Made by a program: the position numbers and the translations under genes. The notes below the pieces were generated by a model, which saw only the letters and a list, made by a program, of their open reading frames with translations, searched no databases and had not been told where the DNA came from. This document shows positions 1 through 12,991 of a DNA stretch of 64,000 nucleotides, piece after piece; the stretch's first letter is position 1, and each line of letters begins with the position of its first letter. The stretch is from Anthoceros angustus (taxonomy: Eukaryota; Plantae; Anthocerotophyta): NCBI GenBank assembly GCA_010909165.1, contig VJWM01000025.1:2418001-2482000 (forward strand), given 5' to 3'.

Positions 1-3000
1 CTCTCCTAGCAAGCCAAGCTCCTGTTTCTGGTTGACGAAACCACTTGAATTCCAGAGAAGCTCCGTCATCTGTGTCTGTGCTGGATATCCCTACCTCCCA
101 GTCAGTGGGTTCAGATAAAACTGCGAGTTGATTCATTCTTACAACTGGCAACCTGCCCTGGCTACCTGAGTCATGACCTTCTTCACTACTCTTGAAGTCA
201 ACTTCATCACTGCCTAACAAGTATGCCACAGCCTCACCAAACCTCATAACTCCAGAATCAACCAGCTGCGAACTTGATTCAATCCTCCGTGTTCCATCAT
301 GCCTAAAAGAAAAAATTGGCTGAATCACACCAGGCTTTCTTGAAGGCATAGTCACGTCCAATACCACAAGGTCCTCTCGCAAATGACCCACATCTGAGCC
401 CTTAGGAAAGAAAATAAACACCCGCAAGCAGGGTGTGTACAGACTTCCTTCCAGCTTTGCATTCCATAAATTATTTTCAGGGGAACCTGCAGCATGGCCA
501 GCATCCAGGGAACCTTCACCTAAATCCAGGGCCAGCATCTGATCAATCCGAGGTACTACCACAGATGCCCCATCCCCAGACCTCTGAACAGTCCCGCACC
601 CCCAACTGCTGCAACCGGGCCCCTTGACCGCATGAGTCAGCTCAAATATCCTTTTTATAGTCCATGGATCTAAGTAGAGGACAATCGGCTGCAAGTATGC
701 TTTTACCTCTACGCTTGATGAGAGGTCCTGAGAAAACTTGTTACCCCCTGGGTGCAGCAACTTAAATGACAGTTTAGCAGCTGGAGATCCAGCAGTTCCC
801 ACCTTCATCAACAATCTTCCTTCACAGCCATGCGATTGCATACCCTCATGAGGTGACGGCGAGACTGGAAAATGGGGCAAGAGATCCTCAACAGACTTAA
901 GGTAACCTAAAGGGCCGGCTGATGAACCGCCCGCATTCACAACCTCAAACATTTCCATATCTTGAACTGTAATCCGCAAGTCTGATCCGCAGTCCGACAC
1001 CTGGTATTGACAGTGGAGGTGCCAAGAGTAAATAAGAGACAACAAAAACGAGGAGAAAAGCTCAGACAAGGTCCAAACCGCATCCATCATCTATCAGGAA
1101 TAGTCCAATTACCGCCATCAAAAAAGCACATTCTGTCAAGTCCACAGCTAGATATTCTTCAGCTGCCACGTTAAGTTTGTCTGGAGACACATGCTGACTC
1201 CTGAGGCCATGCAGAGATGGGTCATGTGTTGCAGATTCACTCTCCGGCATGCCTAGAGACCTTGCATCAGGTTGCCCATAGAGTAGGTTTACAGACAAGC
1301 CATCGAACGTCACCTTCACACTGTACTCCACTCGTCTCTCAAGACCTGGAAAGCATCATCATCAGTATGCTCTCTTGTCTCTTCAAAACAGTGAAGAGAT
1401 GAGCATTTCATGACCAGAAGACAAAACAAGGGGAACAAAAAAATGGCATTAGCATGTGAATCGTTGGCTTAACAAACCAGGAGATAAAACTGCAGATCCA
1501 GATGCAAGGCTGGACGCAGCTGTTATGGCTGTGAATGCTGATCGCGTCCAGCTCCACAAGCCACTTGCAGTTGAGCTCGCATGGCTGCTCCACGTCCCAT
1601 CAAAACACTCGAAGAACTCATCCACACTGCTGGACACAAGTAACCATCAACGATAATTAGGGAACCCACTGCAAGCTATTTCATTAAAAACGCACAAGAA
1701 AGTGGACAGGCCCACCTAGCTGCCAAGTTTGCTTCCGCTACAGAAATTTCCTTCTTGGGATTCTCACCACCAGCCCACTGCATCCAGTCTGATATAAACT
1801 TCGTAACAGGAAGATAAGCCCCTTCATCCGAAGACCCAACTCCAATGCTCCCTGATCGTCTCAAGGTTGACCTGGCCAAATCCTTATGCTTCTCAGCGGC
1901 CAGAATACTGGATCCGCGACCAATAGGAGCCTCGTAAAAGCTGACAGCTCCTTGAGTTGCCCTGGGTACGGAGTGGCCTGGGCCAGCTGCAACAGTTCCT
2001 GACTGGCCGTAATTCTGCGCCAAGGAGAGCAACTGCTGAATCTGCCGGGTGGCAGCCTTTACCTTCACACTGCCTATTTGGACAACCACATCCACCTTGG
2101 GAAGGTCGGGTACGCAACTCTTAGGCATACTCAACTGCAACGTTCCACACACGCCACCGTCTTCACCACAAACAACAGGCACAGAGTGCCCTTGCACAGC
2201 ACCAATGTCTGCTGCCGACGTCCCTTGGCTACTGGAGGGAAATTCCCCGGCCTCCGTAGGCGTGACATTCAAGTCCATAAGTTCAACACTGGCACCCTTG
2301 AAACTGAACACCTTGACGAGCATCGAGGGTTCCAGCCTGCCCGACCCTCCCGACCGAGGTTGCTCCTGCTGACAAGCAGGTTCTTGCACGCCATAATCAA
2401 GGTAAGCCACGCGGACAACCAGCATCCCACGCGACCACGACTCCTCCTTAGGGTCAGTCACTGGAGGCGGATTCTGGAACACAGCAATCAAATTCTTCAC
2501 TCTAACACGCAAACCAAGCAAGAGCCGCTCCACCATGGTGGCAATCGTCCTGACTCCATCATCCACTCCCACATAAGCACCCCCAACACTCCCTCCTGCC
2601 CCTCCCGCATCACCTTCTGCAGCAGCAGCCGGCTGCTGCACATCCCCATCCCTGCTCTCATTCCCAGTGAATCCAGATGCGTCCCTGTCGGTTTGCGCGC
2701 ACGGCCTGGGAACGAAAACCAGCTCCAATTCATCCACCTCGATCTCCGCCGCATCCGTTCCCAGCGGACTCCATGGAATTTGGGCACTCACGCTGCCTAT
2801 GGATCCTTCCCTGAGCATAACCGATGAATTTCCCAGCTGCGCGGCAATCCACAACCCTAATTTGTCAGCATGGCAGCAGCAGCAGGCAGCACGCAGGGCA
2901 GGGCAGGGCAGGGCAGACGTGGACACAGAAGGGCTGGGGTGGTGGTACCTGGTCGTTGATGTAGTCCGTATTGAGAGCCAAATCCCGGAGTTGGATCCTC

Positions 3001-3122
3001 CCGGAGCCAAGCTGAACTTCGAGCTGATCCAAGTCGAGCTCGGCTCGCAGCACCGTGCCAAGCAGGCGCTTCATGAAGAACTTGCAGATGCGCTTCATAG
3101 TCCATTGCGAGAGCGTCGCCAT
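1..3122 (-). CDS. ATG2: Autophagy-related protein 2, 5' portion (multi-exon; continues beyond the left edge)
   Basis: The N-terminus MATLSQWTMKRICKFFMKRLLG...LDLDQLEVQLGSGRIQLRDLALNTDYINDQ (exon 3122-2949) splices by GT-AG to LGNSSVMLREGSIGSVSAQIPW...EIEVDELELVF (exon 2836-1716). This is the chorein-N/ATG2 N-terminal signature. Further exons run to position 1. Confidence 0.9.
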
Positions 3123-4747
3123 GAGCCGCTGGTGGCTGCATGAAACCTTGGGAGGAAGTGCGATGGTTTACCATGAATTCCACACAACTCCTTGCATCAA
3201 TTCAACACGCTCCACCAAGGCGCACGCACCACCTTTGAACGCTATGCACAGATGTTATTCCCAGTCTACCTCCTAGGCACCATAATTTGTATGTCAATCC
3301 CGACACGGTACGGTGGGTAATGAATGACCGAACAGGTACAATATTAATCCCATTTCTATTCCCACGTAACTTTTTACCCTGGTACCGATCAGCCGTTAAC
3401 GCCCATTTTGTCATAGGACATCCCTGGGAGACTCCAAGTGTTATATCATTAATATCATCCTCCCATGTCAAAGTTCTTCCACGCAAGACTGTTTCTTCCA
3501 TCCTAAGGCTTCCATCTAAGTCTCTTCATGCTTCCATGTAAGGCCGTTTCTTTATACGAGTTTCGACAATTTCCAATTTTGTTTCTTCCATACAAGACCA
3601 TTTCTTATGCGAGTTTCATTCTTATGATTTCATGTGATTGCCAAATGATATGCCCAGTATGGATGCAATTTTGATGCTACAACTGCATCTATGTATAAGG
3701 ATGGAAGACCAAATCTTGGGCTGAGTTTCGTGTACAGGCCAATGATGTGTAAAAGACCATGGTACAACTCCATCCATTCTCTTTTGTTTCTTCCACACAA
3801 GATCGTTTCTTACACGGCTTCCATACAAGACCGTTTCTTATGCGAGTGTCGATCTCGTAATTTCGCGGTATGCAAAATGATATGCACAGTGAGAATGTGA
3901 TCTTGCATGGTACAACTCCATCTATGTATAAGAATAAAAGAATGGAATCCTGGGTTGCATTTCGTGTGATATCTTGAGCTCAATATCCTATAATGCCAAA
4001 CAATGGAACAATTTCATCTTTTATATTTGAGTTTGCATGCGGCCTTCAAATTGTTTGAATAAAGTTTGAATGTGGTCTTGCATAGAAGAAACCGTTTGAC
4101 GGGGAATGATGTTTTCAATCTATTTTACAGGGAAGAACTCATCGGTTTGTGTATGAGAATTTGGAATTAGTAAACACTACAAGTCAGAGCATATTGCTTC
4201 GGCGGGTACAGGCAGATGGCAGGAATCGAACTTCAACCGTCAGGTTGGCAATCGGATTGGCAAACCACTACGGTAGTGTAAGGTCGCTAAGAGCATTGAA
4301 GGAAGGCAAGTACGGTCATGCTTGAAAGTCGCCTGGCCTTCTGCTCTACAGTCTTCCTTTTTATGTCACCCGGACAGCCTTTAATCCAAGGTGCTCTGCA
4401 CTGTTTGATTCTGGATGCTTTAGCCCCCACCTGCACAAGTGTGAGGGGTTTACGTTTCCAGCTTGCTCGAATTAAGCAAAGACTAATTCACAAGACCGCA
4501 CTGACAAAAGCCCAGCGCCTTCTCGATGGATCCAGAGCCTTCTCCATGGATCCAGAGCCTTCTTCACCACAAAGAGAAAGCTGTGTCAGCGTCTGCAACA
4601 GAGATGTGAGGCAGTGAAAAAACAGCATGTCCTGGCACAGGAGCATAAGAAAACATACCATCCCGGGGGAGGAGCAGGCAGTTAGGTCCGCAAAGGCCCG
4701 CTGCTTCAGGGCTTCTTTGTGGGTGCCATGTGAGCACATCAAGCTCT

Positions 4748-6359
4748 CTAAAAGAATTGAGACGCTCTGTTGGTGTGCGCTTCCATCTCGGCTTGCAATT
4801 CATCTGCAATGTCATACATCATTTTCCTTCGGTAGGCATCGATCATGATTTGGTAAGTGATGGAGTCAGGCCAGCACCGGCTTTTCTTCATCTCCTTAAA
4901 GATGTCCTCCATGGCCACCAGGTCTCCGAACCTCTGGTACGCGTCGATGAGAGAGTTGTACAGGGCAACATCCGGTGTGACATCCGAGTTTCTGATCTGC
5001 CTCAACACCTTCTCCACCATCTCCACACCCTCGGCCAGCTTCCCGTACACGCTGATGAGGGTGCAGTAGGTCACCTGATTGGGCTTCACTCCCCGCAGCT
5101 TCATCCGCTTGAAAACCTCCTCCATCTGCTCCAGCCTGCCTGCCTTGCCGTACGCATCGATCACGAGGTTGTAGGTCACCACATCCACGGGGTACAGGAA
5201 CTTGTGCATGTAGGCAACCACAGCCTGCATTTTGGCATACAACCCATGTCGTCCATACGCCTTGATGAGGGTGTTGAAGGTGACAACGTCAGGTTCCATC
5301 CCCGAGCTGCAGAGCTTGTTGAACCAGGACTCCATCTTGTCCGTCCTTCCTTTGATGCCATACGACTTGAGAATGGAGTTCCATGTCCATATGTCAGGTG
5401 GGCACTGGCTCTTCCTCTCCATGTCCTCGAACACTTGCTCCATGTGCGAAAACATTCCCAGCTTCCCGTACTGGTTGATGAGGGTGTTGTACGTCACAGT
5501 GTTGGGCTGGAGTCCATACTGCTCCATCTCGGCAAGCAGCTCCTGGGCCCTGTCGAACATGGAGGACTCGCAGCAGGCCCCAATGAGGAGACTGTAAGTC
5601 CAGACGTCAGGTTCGCAACCTGCCTGATTCTTCATGTCCTCGTACACCACCAACGCCTTGTCCAGCAGATCGCACCTGGTGTAGACAGATACCAGAGCCG
5701 TGTAGAGCTCCACACTGGGAGGGCACTTGTCCTCCACCATCTTCTGGAGCAGCACTGGAGCAAGATCCGGACGCTTGCACTTCCCCAACATCCCCATCAA
5801 CCTCACAAATGTGGCACCCTCCGACTGGTACCATTCCTGCCTTCTCACCAGCTCGAAAATCTGCTCCAAACACGAAAGAATCAGCATCCGCCACCTGCCA
5901 ACCTCACAACTCTAGAGCTGCTGCTGCCCACGAAGAAAAACCGAGGCAACAAACCTTGAGAGCCAACTCCAACTGTTGCTTCCGGACTGCTTCCTCAAGA
6001 GCCGACAGCAGGGTGGCTGGATACAGGCGAGTGGAGGTCCGGAAGATCTCTCTCCGCTCTGTTTCGTGAGCTCGGTCAAGCCTGTCCAGAACATTAGAAG
6101 CCTTCCTGGCCGCCCTCGTCTGGCTCCCCTTCTCCTTATGCTCTCCAGGGCCTGGAGGGGCCGCTCTTGTGCGCATCGACTGCTTGGAGGAAGCAGCAAC
6201 CGAGACACCACCCACCAAATTCAGCCACCCGGTCCCGGTTGTGGCAACTCCTCTCCTCCCCACTAGCATTGGGATTCGGGGGTTGTGGGCCTGGGAACCA
6301 GAGAACTCGATGGAAGAAATCCCCAGCCGCGCTCTGCATCTCATATAGCGACCCAGCAT
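4748..6359 (-). CDS. P-class pentatricopeptide repeat protein, probably organelle-targeted; 2 exons (6359-5955, 5860-4748)
   Basis: About 9-10 tandem 35-aa P motifs (e.g. PDVWTYSLLIGAC, PNTVTYNTLINQYGK). The GT-AG intron 5861-5954 joins ...LELALK to IFELVRRQEWY in frame. The start codon is uncertain. Confidence 0.88.
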
Positions 6360-6370
6360 ATGTTGTGTTC

Positions 6371-6568
6371 TCTAGTCTTGCTATGTAAGACGATTTCTCA
6401 CTTGTGCTTACATGTTTCAACACTCGGCTTTCTTTCCCGACAGAGAGGCTTTCCTTCCCAAGGTCCGTTTATCTAGTCTTGTAAGACGATTTCTCACTTG
6501 TGCTTACCATGTTTCAACACTCGGCTTTCTTTCCTGACAGAGAGGCCTTCCTTCCCAAGGTCCGTTTA
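6371..6568. repeat. Tandem duplication (2 x ~98 bp) filling most of the divergent PPR/UFC1 intergenic region
   Basis: tctagtcttg...gtaagacgatttctcacttgtgctta...caaggtccgttta occurs at ~6371-6471 and ~6472-6568 with few differences. Confidence 0.9.
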
Positions 6569-6637
6569 CGTAAAACGGAAAAGAGCGTTGGTTAGCAGCA
6601 GGTTTGGATCTGTGAGCGCAAAGGCATCGGCATCAAC

Positions 6638-7643
6638 ATGGACAGCTGGGACAGCGGCACGAAATCCACCGTGACCAAGATCCCGTTACTGGCCACTAGG
6701 GCAGGGCCTCGGGATGGAGCGCTCTGGACACAACGTCTCAAAGAGGAGTACCAGGTGGGCTATCAAACGGGCTGCTGGACTCCCCGAATTTCCAGTCCTG
6801 TTATTCAACTTTGCTTTCTACCTTCCTCATGCTTGCTGACCTTTCAATACAGCTTTGCTTCCTACCCTTCTCATGCTTGCTGACCTTGTTATGCAGCTTT
6901 GCTTCCTACCCTTCTCATGCTTGCTGACTTTGTTATGCAGCTTTGCTTCCTACCCTTTCATGCTTGCTGACCTTGTGATTCCGCTTTGCTATCCGAATTC
7001 ATAATTTCCTCGTGCTTGCCTTACCTTTGATTCAGCTTGCTGCTTTGCCTTTTGATTCAGCTTGCTGCTTTGTTTCTTGTAACAGGCTCTCATCAAGTAC
7101 ATGGAGATGAACAAGGCCAATGATAATGACTGGTTCAGGATAGCCGCGGCCAATTCGGAAGGTACCAAGTGGAAAGGCAAGTGCTGGTACATCCACAACC
7201 TGCTCAAGTACGAGTTCGACCTGCAATTCGACATACCGGTCACATACCCGGCTACTGCACCGGAGATCGAGTTGCCTGAGCTGGATGGGAAGACGGCCAA
7301 GGTACTGCCCACTGACTGCAGTGCTTTTGGGGCTTTGCAGGGTTTTAGCCATGAGACCTGTTGCTGTGCAGATGTACAGAGGAGGAAAGATCTGTCTTAC
7401 AGTGCATTTCAAGCCCTTGTGGGCCAGGAACTGGTATGTTCCTGGACTTTTAACATGTTCATCACCTTCAATTTATTTTGGTGCCTCTTCTTCCTGACGT
7501 TTTCCTTTGATGTGTGGTTGTTCAGCCCTAAGTTTGGGATAGCACACGCCTTGTGTTTGGGTTTAGGGCCTTGGCTAGCAGCCGAAGTTCCACATCTTGT
7601 CGAAACCGGGGTAGTACAGCATAAGGATAACATTGCTGCGTAG
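6638..7643 (+). CDS. UFC1: Ubiquitin-fold modifier 1 (UFM1) conjugating enzyme; exons 6638-6754, 7086-7301, 7372-7433, 7526-7643 (170 aa)
   Basis: Contains [14 protein letters not shown]...WTQRLKEEY, the [20 protein letters not shown] catalytic region and [22 protein letters not shown]. All introns are GT-AG and in frame. Confidence 0.96.
6809..7075. repeat. Intronic minisatellite (~44-bp unit, ~5-6 degenerate copies) in UFC1 intron 1
   Basis: Repeated ctttgcttcctacccttctcatgcttgctgacc(t)tgttatgcag units. Confidence 0.85.
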
Positions 7644-7940
7644 GCGACAGATGTGAAAATCCGATTTCATCCACCACAATTTGAACTCAAAACAACTTTT
7701 CCTTTGCTGGAGCTGGCGGTGTCATATAGCTACGGTATAGTCCTAGACTACAGACGCTGAGAAGCGCCACATTTAGATTTGAGGAGGCTGTCTTCTTCCA
7801 AGGAGGCTGTCCCCTTTCAACAGAACTTCTGTCGGTCCATTTTTTGTACATGTGCAGATTATGCAGGTGTTTAGGTATTCTATAACAAATTGCAACACCT
7901 TTCAGCCTCCGATTTCTAGCAACTCGGAGAGAACTGACTG

Positions 7941-9874
7941 CTATGGGTTTCGTAGAGGAGGTAATCCTTGAGACGTGGTGGCACTTAATTGATTACAAGG
8001 TGTGCATTTCCGATTAGGGGGGTTCACCATCTGTAAGACCCATTCCATGCCCTCCTGGAGTCCTGCTCCTGTTTTCGCTGCGAAAGGATGCCGCAAATTT
8101 GCAGGTGTTAAGGAACAAGCTCTCAAAACGTTCCTCTCAAAACTTAAGCTTTGATAAGAAAATATGCTTCTCTGCTACGAGCAGGAAGCGCTTACCTGAG
8201 CAGCCTTGTATCTGCCAGGCCCGATCCCTGATCATCACAAGATTCATGCCATTGGCGACCTGCAGTGTGAAGAATTGTGGGTAGCTTCCATTGAAACGAA
8301 TTTGCATAGCAGTTGACAGTTGTGTGCTCAGCATACCGCATCCGGTGACAGCGCAAGCGTTGAGTCTTGCTTGTTGGCGAACACTAAAACTGGAACACCT
8401 CTAAGCTTTTCCTCGTCCAAAAGCAGCTCCAGTTCGCCACCTAAAGTTGACAACCTACCATCAGTGCTGATTCTGTGGCCCGCTGGTTAGCTCGCTATCC
8501 ACGATGAACTGGGAGAGCCCACACACCACTTTCATCAAGTCGACGCTCATCAGCAGTGTCTACCACGTAAATCTGTAGACCCAAGTAGGAAGGTCGTATC
8601 AAGATTCTTCCCGATTTCCCATAACCTCTACGTCTGTTTCAAATTTTATGTCTAGTTATGTCTGCTATACCAAAGCGTCTGTTGTCTCAAAGTAGTTTCT
8701 CCAATATGGTCTGATTGCTCTTTGGCCTACAACCCAGTGAAAGTAGTAGAAGGTCAGGCCTGGATGGAAAGGCTGATATCCAGTCATGCCAATAGCACTC
8801 TGGGTAGGGCAGGATGCATTCACCACCAATGTCCCATACATTGAGCTTGAAGCCTTCATGTATCAGTGTCTTGATGTTGAATCCCTACATCACTTTCAGA
8901 GCACACTTTGAAGCATCATGCAGCCATAAAACTCCAAATCTTCCCAAGCTTACATGGGAGAATGCAAGCCTGTGACTAATCTCTTACCTGTGTGGGCACG
9001 CTGGTGGTGATATCCTCATCCGATAGCTTCTTAAGTATGCTTGTTTTGCCAGCATTATCAAGGCCCAGGAGGAGAATACGAGCTTCCTGTCATCATCGCA
9101 CGTGGCATTCTTATCGATCACTGTAGGAGCCGAACTCCAGAGTACCTGCCTGACCTTCCCGACCTTCCTGATGAATGCAGATCAGAGGGTTTAAAGGAGT
9201 CGTTGAGCAAATTCTACAGAATCCATATTGTTTTCCGATTTTTGTCTCCTCAGATTATCCCTCCCATCTTCGTCCTGCGGGAATGCACTGAGGCTCTAGT
9301 CTCATACCTACTAGTTCTAAAGGGTAGCAGGATGAATCTCACATTGTGTCAAGTGAGAGCAGCAGAGGTGTTGCAAGTTGCGCGATAATCTCACTCTATC
9401 CGGTGCTAACATGACTGTAACCTAGATCAGGAAGGAAGGACGGGGGAAGTGCAGCAATATACACACCGGACAAGCCGACCCGCGGCGCGTCCACACTGTG
9501 CTTATGGTGCTTGCTGTTTCAACCTCCTTGCGGTCATTCTGGCCAGAAGATTACACACCAGATCGTTCACCAGATCCCGAAGAAATCAATCCAGTTTGAA
9601 GCTACGACGTTGAAGTGCATTTGGATGGAGGGATGGAAGCTATTCAGCAAAAGGAAGGGCGAAGACCTCTAATCCGTGTGAGAGCCACAAGGACTACAGA
9701 TTGACACGTGAATACTTTGAGGAAAAGCGCGACTCACCTCCAGTTGTCTCCTGTAAAGCCTCCTCAACAAGGAAAGCAAGCCCTGCGGTTCATCGAGGTT
9801 GGATACATCTCAGATGAGCACAGAGGATCAAGGAGGAGGAAGGCGCATGGCATTAAGCACGACATAGCTACCAT
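7941..9874 (-). CDS. ARL3: ADP-ribosylation factor-like GTPase 3 (ciliary ARL2/ARL3 family), multi-exon
   Basis: The spliced product reads M|[15 protein letters not shown]|[26 protein letters not shown]...PTQ|GFNIKTL...LNVWDIG|[19 protein letters not shown]|IYVVD...[11 protein letters not shown]...WQIQGCS|[14 protein letters not shown]1, G3, G4 and G5 motifs are present. The first coding exon is the ATG alone (9874-9872). The 3' end is approximate. Confidence 0.85.
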
Positions 9875-10054
9875 CTCGTGGACTGAGGAGTGACCCAATT
9901 CAGCAACGTGATCTGCGACGCCTCTTCTCCACTTTTTCCTCCCTGTTGTCTGTTTCCGAAAGCCATGAAGGCTTCCCGGTTGCTGTAACTGCAGGTCGGG
10001 TTAGGCTTTCGTTCAATTTGTGGACGCAGTGTTGCGGGGGCCGTCAGAGGAGCC

Positions 10055-10845
10055 ATGGCCTTGTCGGAGCCGCTTCTAGCTGAATACAAGCAGCAACCGG
10101 GGCTAGAGGTTTGCTCCCTTCCCGCAAGAACCCTAGGGCAGATCTGGATACCACAAGATTGCTCAGTGCGTGGATTGCGGGTGATGCAGATGGCTGCCAA
10201 GGTGGCGGAAGCGGTGGAGGAAGACGCAAAAGCTGTTGCCAACAGTCTCCAGTCCTTGCTTTCATCACTTCAAGGAGCTCTGGCCGTGGTGAGTGCTTAC
10301 CAGGGTGGAGTCTGGTAGCTGAACTGCATTTTCCCGATCTAACGACATGTTGCAGGTTACAGGAAGCACCGTTGAACACATGCGGTGTCACAGTGAAGCC
10401 GCTGGGCAGTTGCAAGAATCAGGTAGACGGTGATGAATACGCCCCGTGCATCCCGATCTTCTGCACGATGTTGGAACTAACTATATGCATGCTGGCTGTG
10501 GATCAGCTATTGATGCAGCAACGAGAGGTAATCGGTTCATCAACTCGTGTCTGAGGTGAAGCTCCAAACTTTTCACTTCCCGTCTGCGATGTTGGTTGTG
10601 TGCTTCCTTCATGGGCCCCTTGGCATATGACGTGCAATATTGCCGTTCAGGTTGAACGAAGAGATGAAGGGGATGAGCACCATAGCTTCTCAATTGTATC
10701 CTAGAACTGCCTGTGGTTTCAGTTGCTGTTGTCTCTCGGTAAAAATCGCACGGAAGTTCTTTGACAAACAGGCTGCAGGAAAATTTTGAAACAGACTGTC
10801 GACCAGTTTGAGCAAGTGGCCAATCGGCATTTAGACCGGAGATGA
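10055..10845 (+). CDS. Small coiled-coil protein resembling the BLOC-1-related complex subunit 6 (BORCS6) C-terminal domain; 5 exons
   Basis: The spliced product reads ...EDAKAVANSLQSLLSSLQGALAV|VTGSTVEHMRCHSEAAGQLQES|AIDAATRGNRFINSCLR|LNEEMKGMSTIASQL|KILKQTVDQFEQVANRHLDRR*. Introns are GT-AG. The start may be 10055, 10184 or 10190. The family call is from recall only. Confidence 0.65.
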
Positions 10846-12991
10846 AGCCACAAGGGACTATCCGTAAGAAGCTTTTCTTTTAATACTTACCTATAGGCCG
10901 GAGGATATTAAAACCATACGCAGATCACACTTGGAGAAGCTTCAAATCTGCTCCCTATTGAAACTTCTGAGCCAGCATTCATTATCCATGTCCACATATG
11001 TACCTCTCTTGGCGCTGTCAAATTACTGTGAAATGTGGCAAATATTCAATATGATCAGCTTGCTAGCAATGGCACTACTGCTTCGATCAGTCAGAAGTGG
11101 TAACGTTCTTGGCCTCCCATCGCTTGCCCCATTGTTTCATGTCCATATTATTCCGTGTTTCCTGCATGTCGAGAATTTCGCCGCCCTGCTTTCCTGGTGA
11201 CTTGGTCTTGGTTACCTCCTCGGTCCTTGGCTAAAATTGGCTTGCCCTTCACTTTGGCATGATTCCTTTCCACTTGAGTGAACGTCAAATTCATGCATCC
11301 TTACCACTTTTGACAGACCATGAAATGCACATCCTCACACCTGCACATTTCATTTGTACAGATCTGGACATAATCGCTTCCTGGTTTAATGCATCCCAGC
11401 AGGCTGGTGTGTATGCAGCATGCAGGATGGGTGGAGTGGGTGGACAGGCACAACAGGCCAGGAATTGGGGGGTCCCACTCCCCACACTTTCTAGGCCACT
11501 TTCTAGTCTTGAGAGTATGCAGACACCTATAATCGAGGACAATGATCAACTGCAGGGCATGCCTGGCTGCGGCTGCGCCGTAGCCTGTATTTTACCCTCT
11601 CACACAGAGAGCCGACCAGATATGTTTACATATACAACGTTTCTTGGCTGAGCTCACATAATACATGTACCTCCATGGCTGGCACTGATTCCAAGAATCT
11701 CAGAATCTCTGAGATAGAAGCGACATGGGACAAGCGCAGACATGGGCAAAACAGAACAGCTGAACACAAAAATGAAAGGACCCAAGATGTAGCAGTCCGA
11801 GAGTCTACATTGGCTGTTGGGCATGTCGAAAAAGAGAGAGCAGTACCTCATTATTGACCAAAGCTTTAGCGCGTGACCCAATTGGACTAGACATATGACC
11901 CATTTTCGACCAAAGGATTGGCTATGGCGCATGTTGAAAACGAAAGCCAGACCCCCATTGATGACCAAAAAATTTGGCTATGGAGCATCCATAATATAGT
12001 GCAAGAAGAAGCTGTGCTTTGACCGGACAGGACGCCCCGACATACGGACAACAGTATCTTCTCAGAGCACGAGGGCTGGAGGCAGGGATTTTATTAGGGT
12101 TAGGGTTCGAAACGCGGAAAGTGATCTAGAATTTTCTAAATTGGCGGGCGATTTTGTCAGGCATTTTCGTGGCTCCTCCTGTTACACTAGCAGATATTTG
12201 GCGGACCTGACGAAGTGCGCTTGCCTCCATTCTACATTGTAGACCGCCCGTTGTGGCGTTCGACGGACAGTAAACCGTTGTATGCCACAGCCCAGCTCTG
12301 CCCCTCTCTGCTTCCCGCCCTTGGCGCTGGTTTCTCTCTCTCTTCTGCGCAAACAAGAGGCAGGCAGGCACAGGCACAGGCAGGCCAGCAGCAGCCAGCC
12401 TCTGCAGCCAGGCTGCCGCGCAAGCAGCTGCTTGCCATCAGTCGACACCACGCCGCTGCTCCGCGCCTTCAAGCACACGCACCCCTTGACGCCCTCGCGC
12501 CCGGAGGCTCACGGGGTCCGGCCCCTGGCTGCGGGGCAATGCCGTGCTCTTCTTGCAAGCTGCTGCAGGTCGGAGCAGCTCCGCGCTGGTAGCGTCCGCC
12601 CCGGTCGCGCAGGTGAGCATAGCAGCGCTTTCCTGCGCCTTCTGTGATGCAATGTGGCTCCGAATCTTGCCTGGCTCTGCGGCGGGGGCAGGATTGGCGG
12701 CTCTGGCTGTGTTAGTGACGCACGGAGCTGTTTTCTTGGCCGCGTGTTGAGCTCTGGAGGCAGATCCTTGTGCCCGGCGGCAATGCCTGTGTGGTGTGGC
12801 TCTGCATGCTGTGGAGGACAATGTGTTAGGGATGTCCTCGGTCGGGGGAATTCTTTTCTGGATCGTGATGGCTGTGGCTGTGAGGGAGATTTTGGCATGC
12901 ACTCAGAGTGTGGAGACTGATGCGGTCCCTGTTGATCTAGGCGAGCATCGGCTGGCAGATTGCTGAACAGGTAGCTGAACACGTACCAGCG

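Noticed and set aside
4173-4280. CACTACAAG motif resembling a CACTA terminus
   Set aside because: No matching inverted terminus or TSD was found.
4730-5959. 409-aa + strand ORF
   Set aside because: It is the antisense shadow of the P-class PPR gene and has no independent features.
6809-7075. Regular ~44-bp repeats superficially like a CRISPR array
   Set aside because: There are no unique spacers and no cas genes, and the repeats lie in a eukaryotic intron, so this is a minisatellite.
1-10845. Functional cluster of autophagy/trafficking genes (ATG2, UFC1, ARL3, BORCS6-like)
   Set aside because: The links are loose (BORC works with ARL8, not ARL3), and adjacency is unremarkable in a gene-dense genome without synteny or co-expression data.
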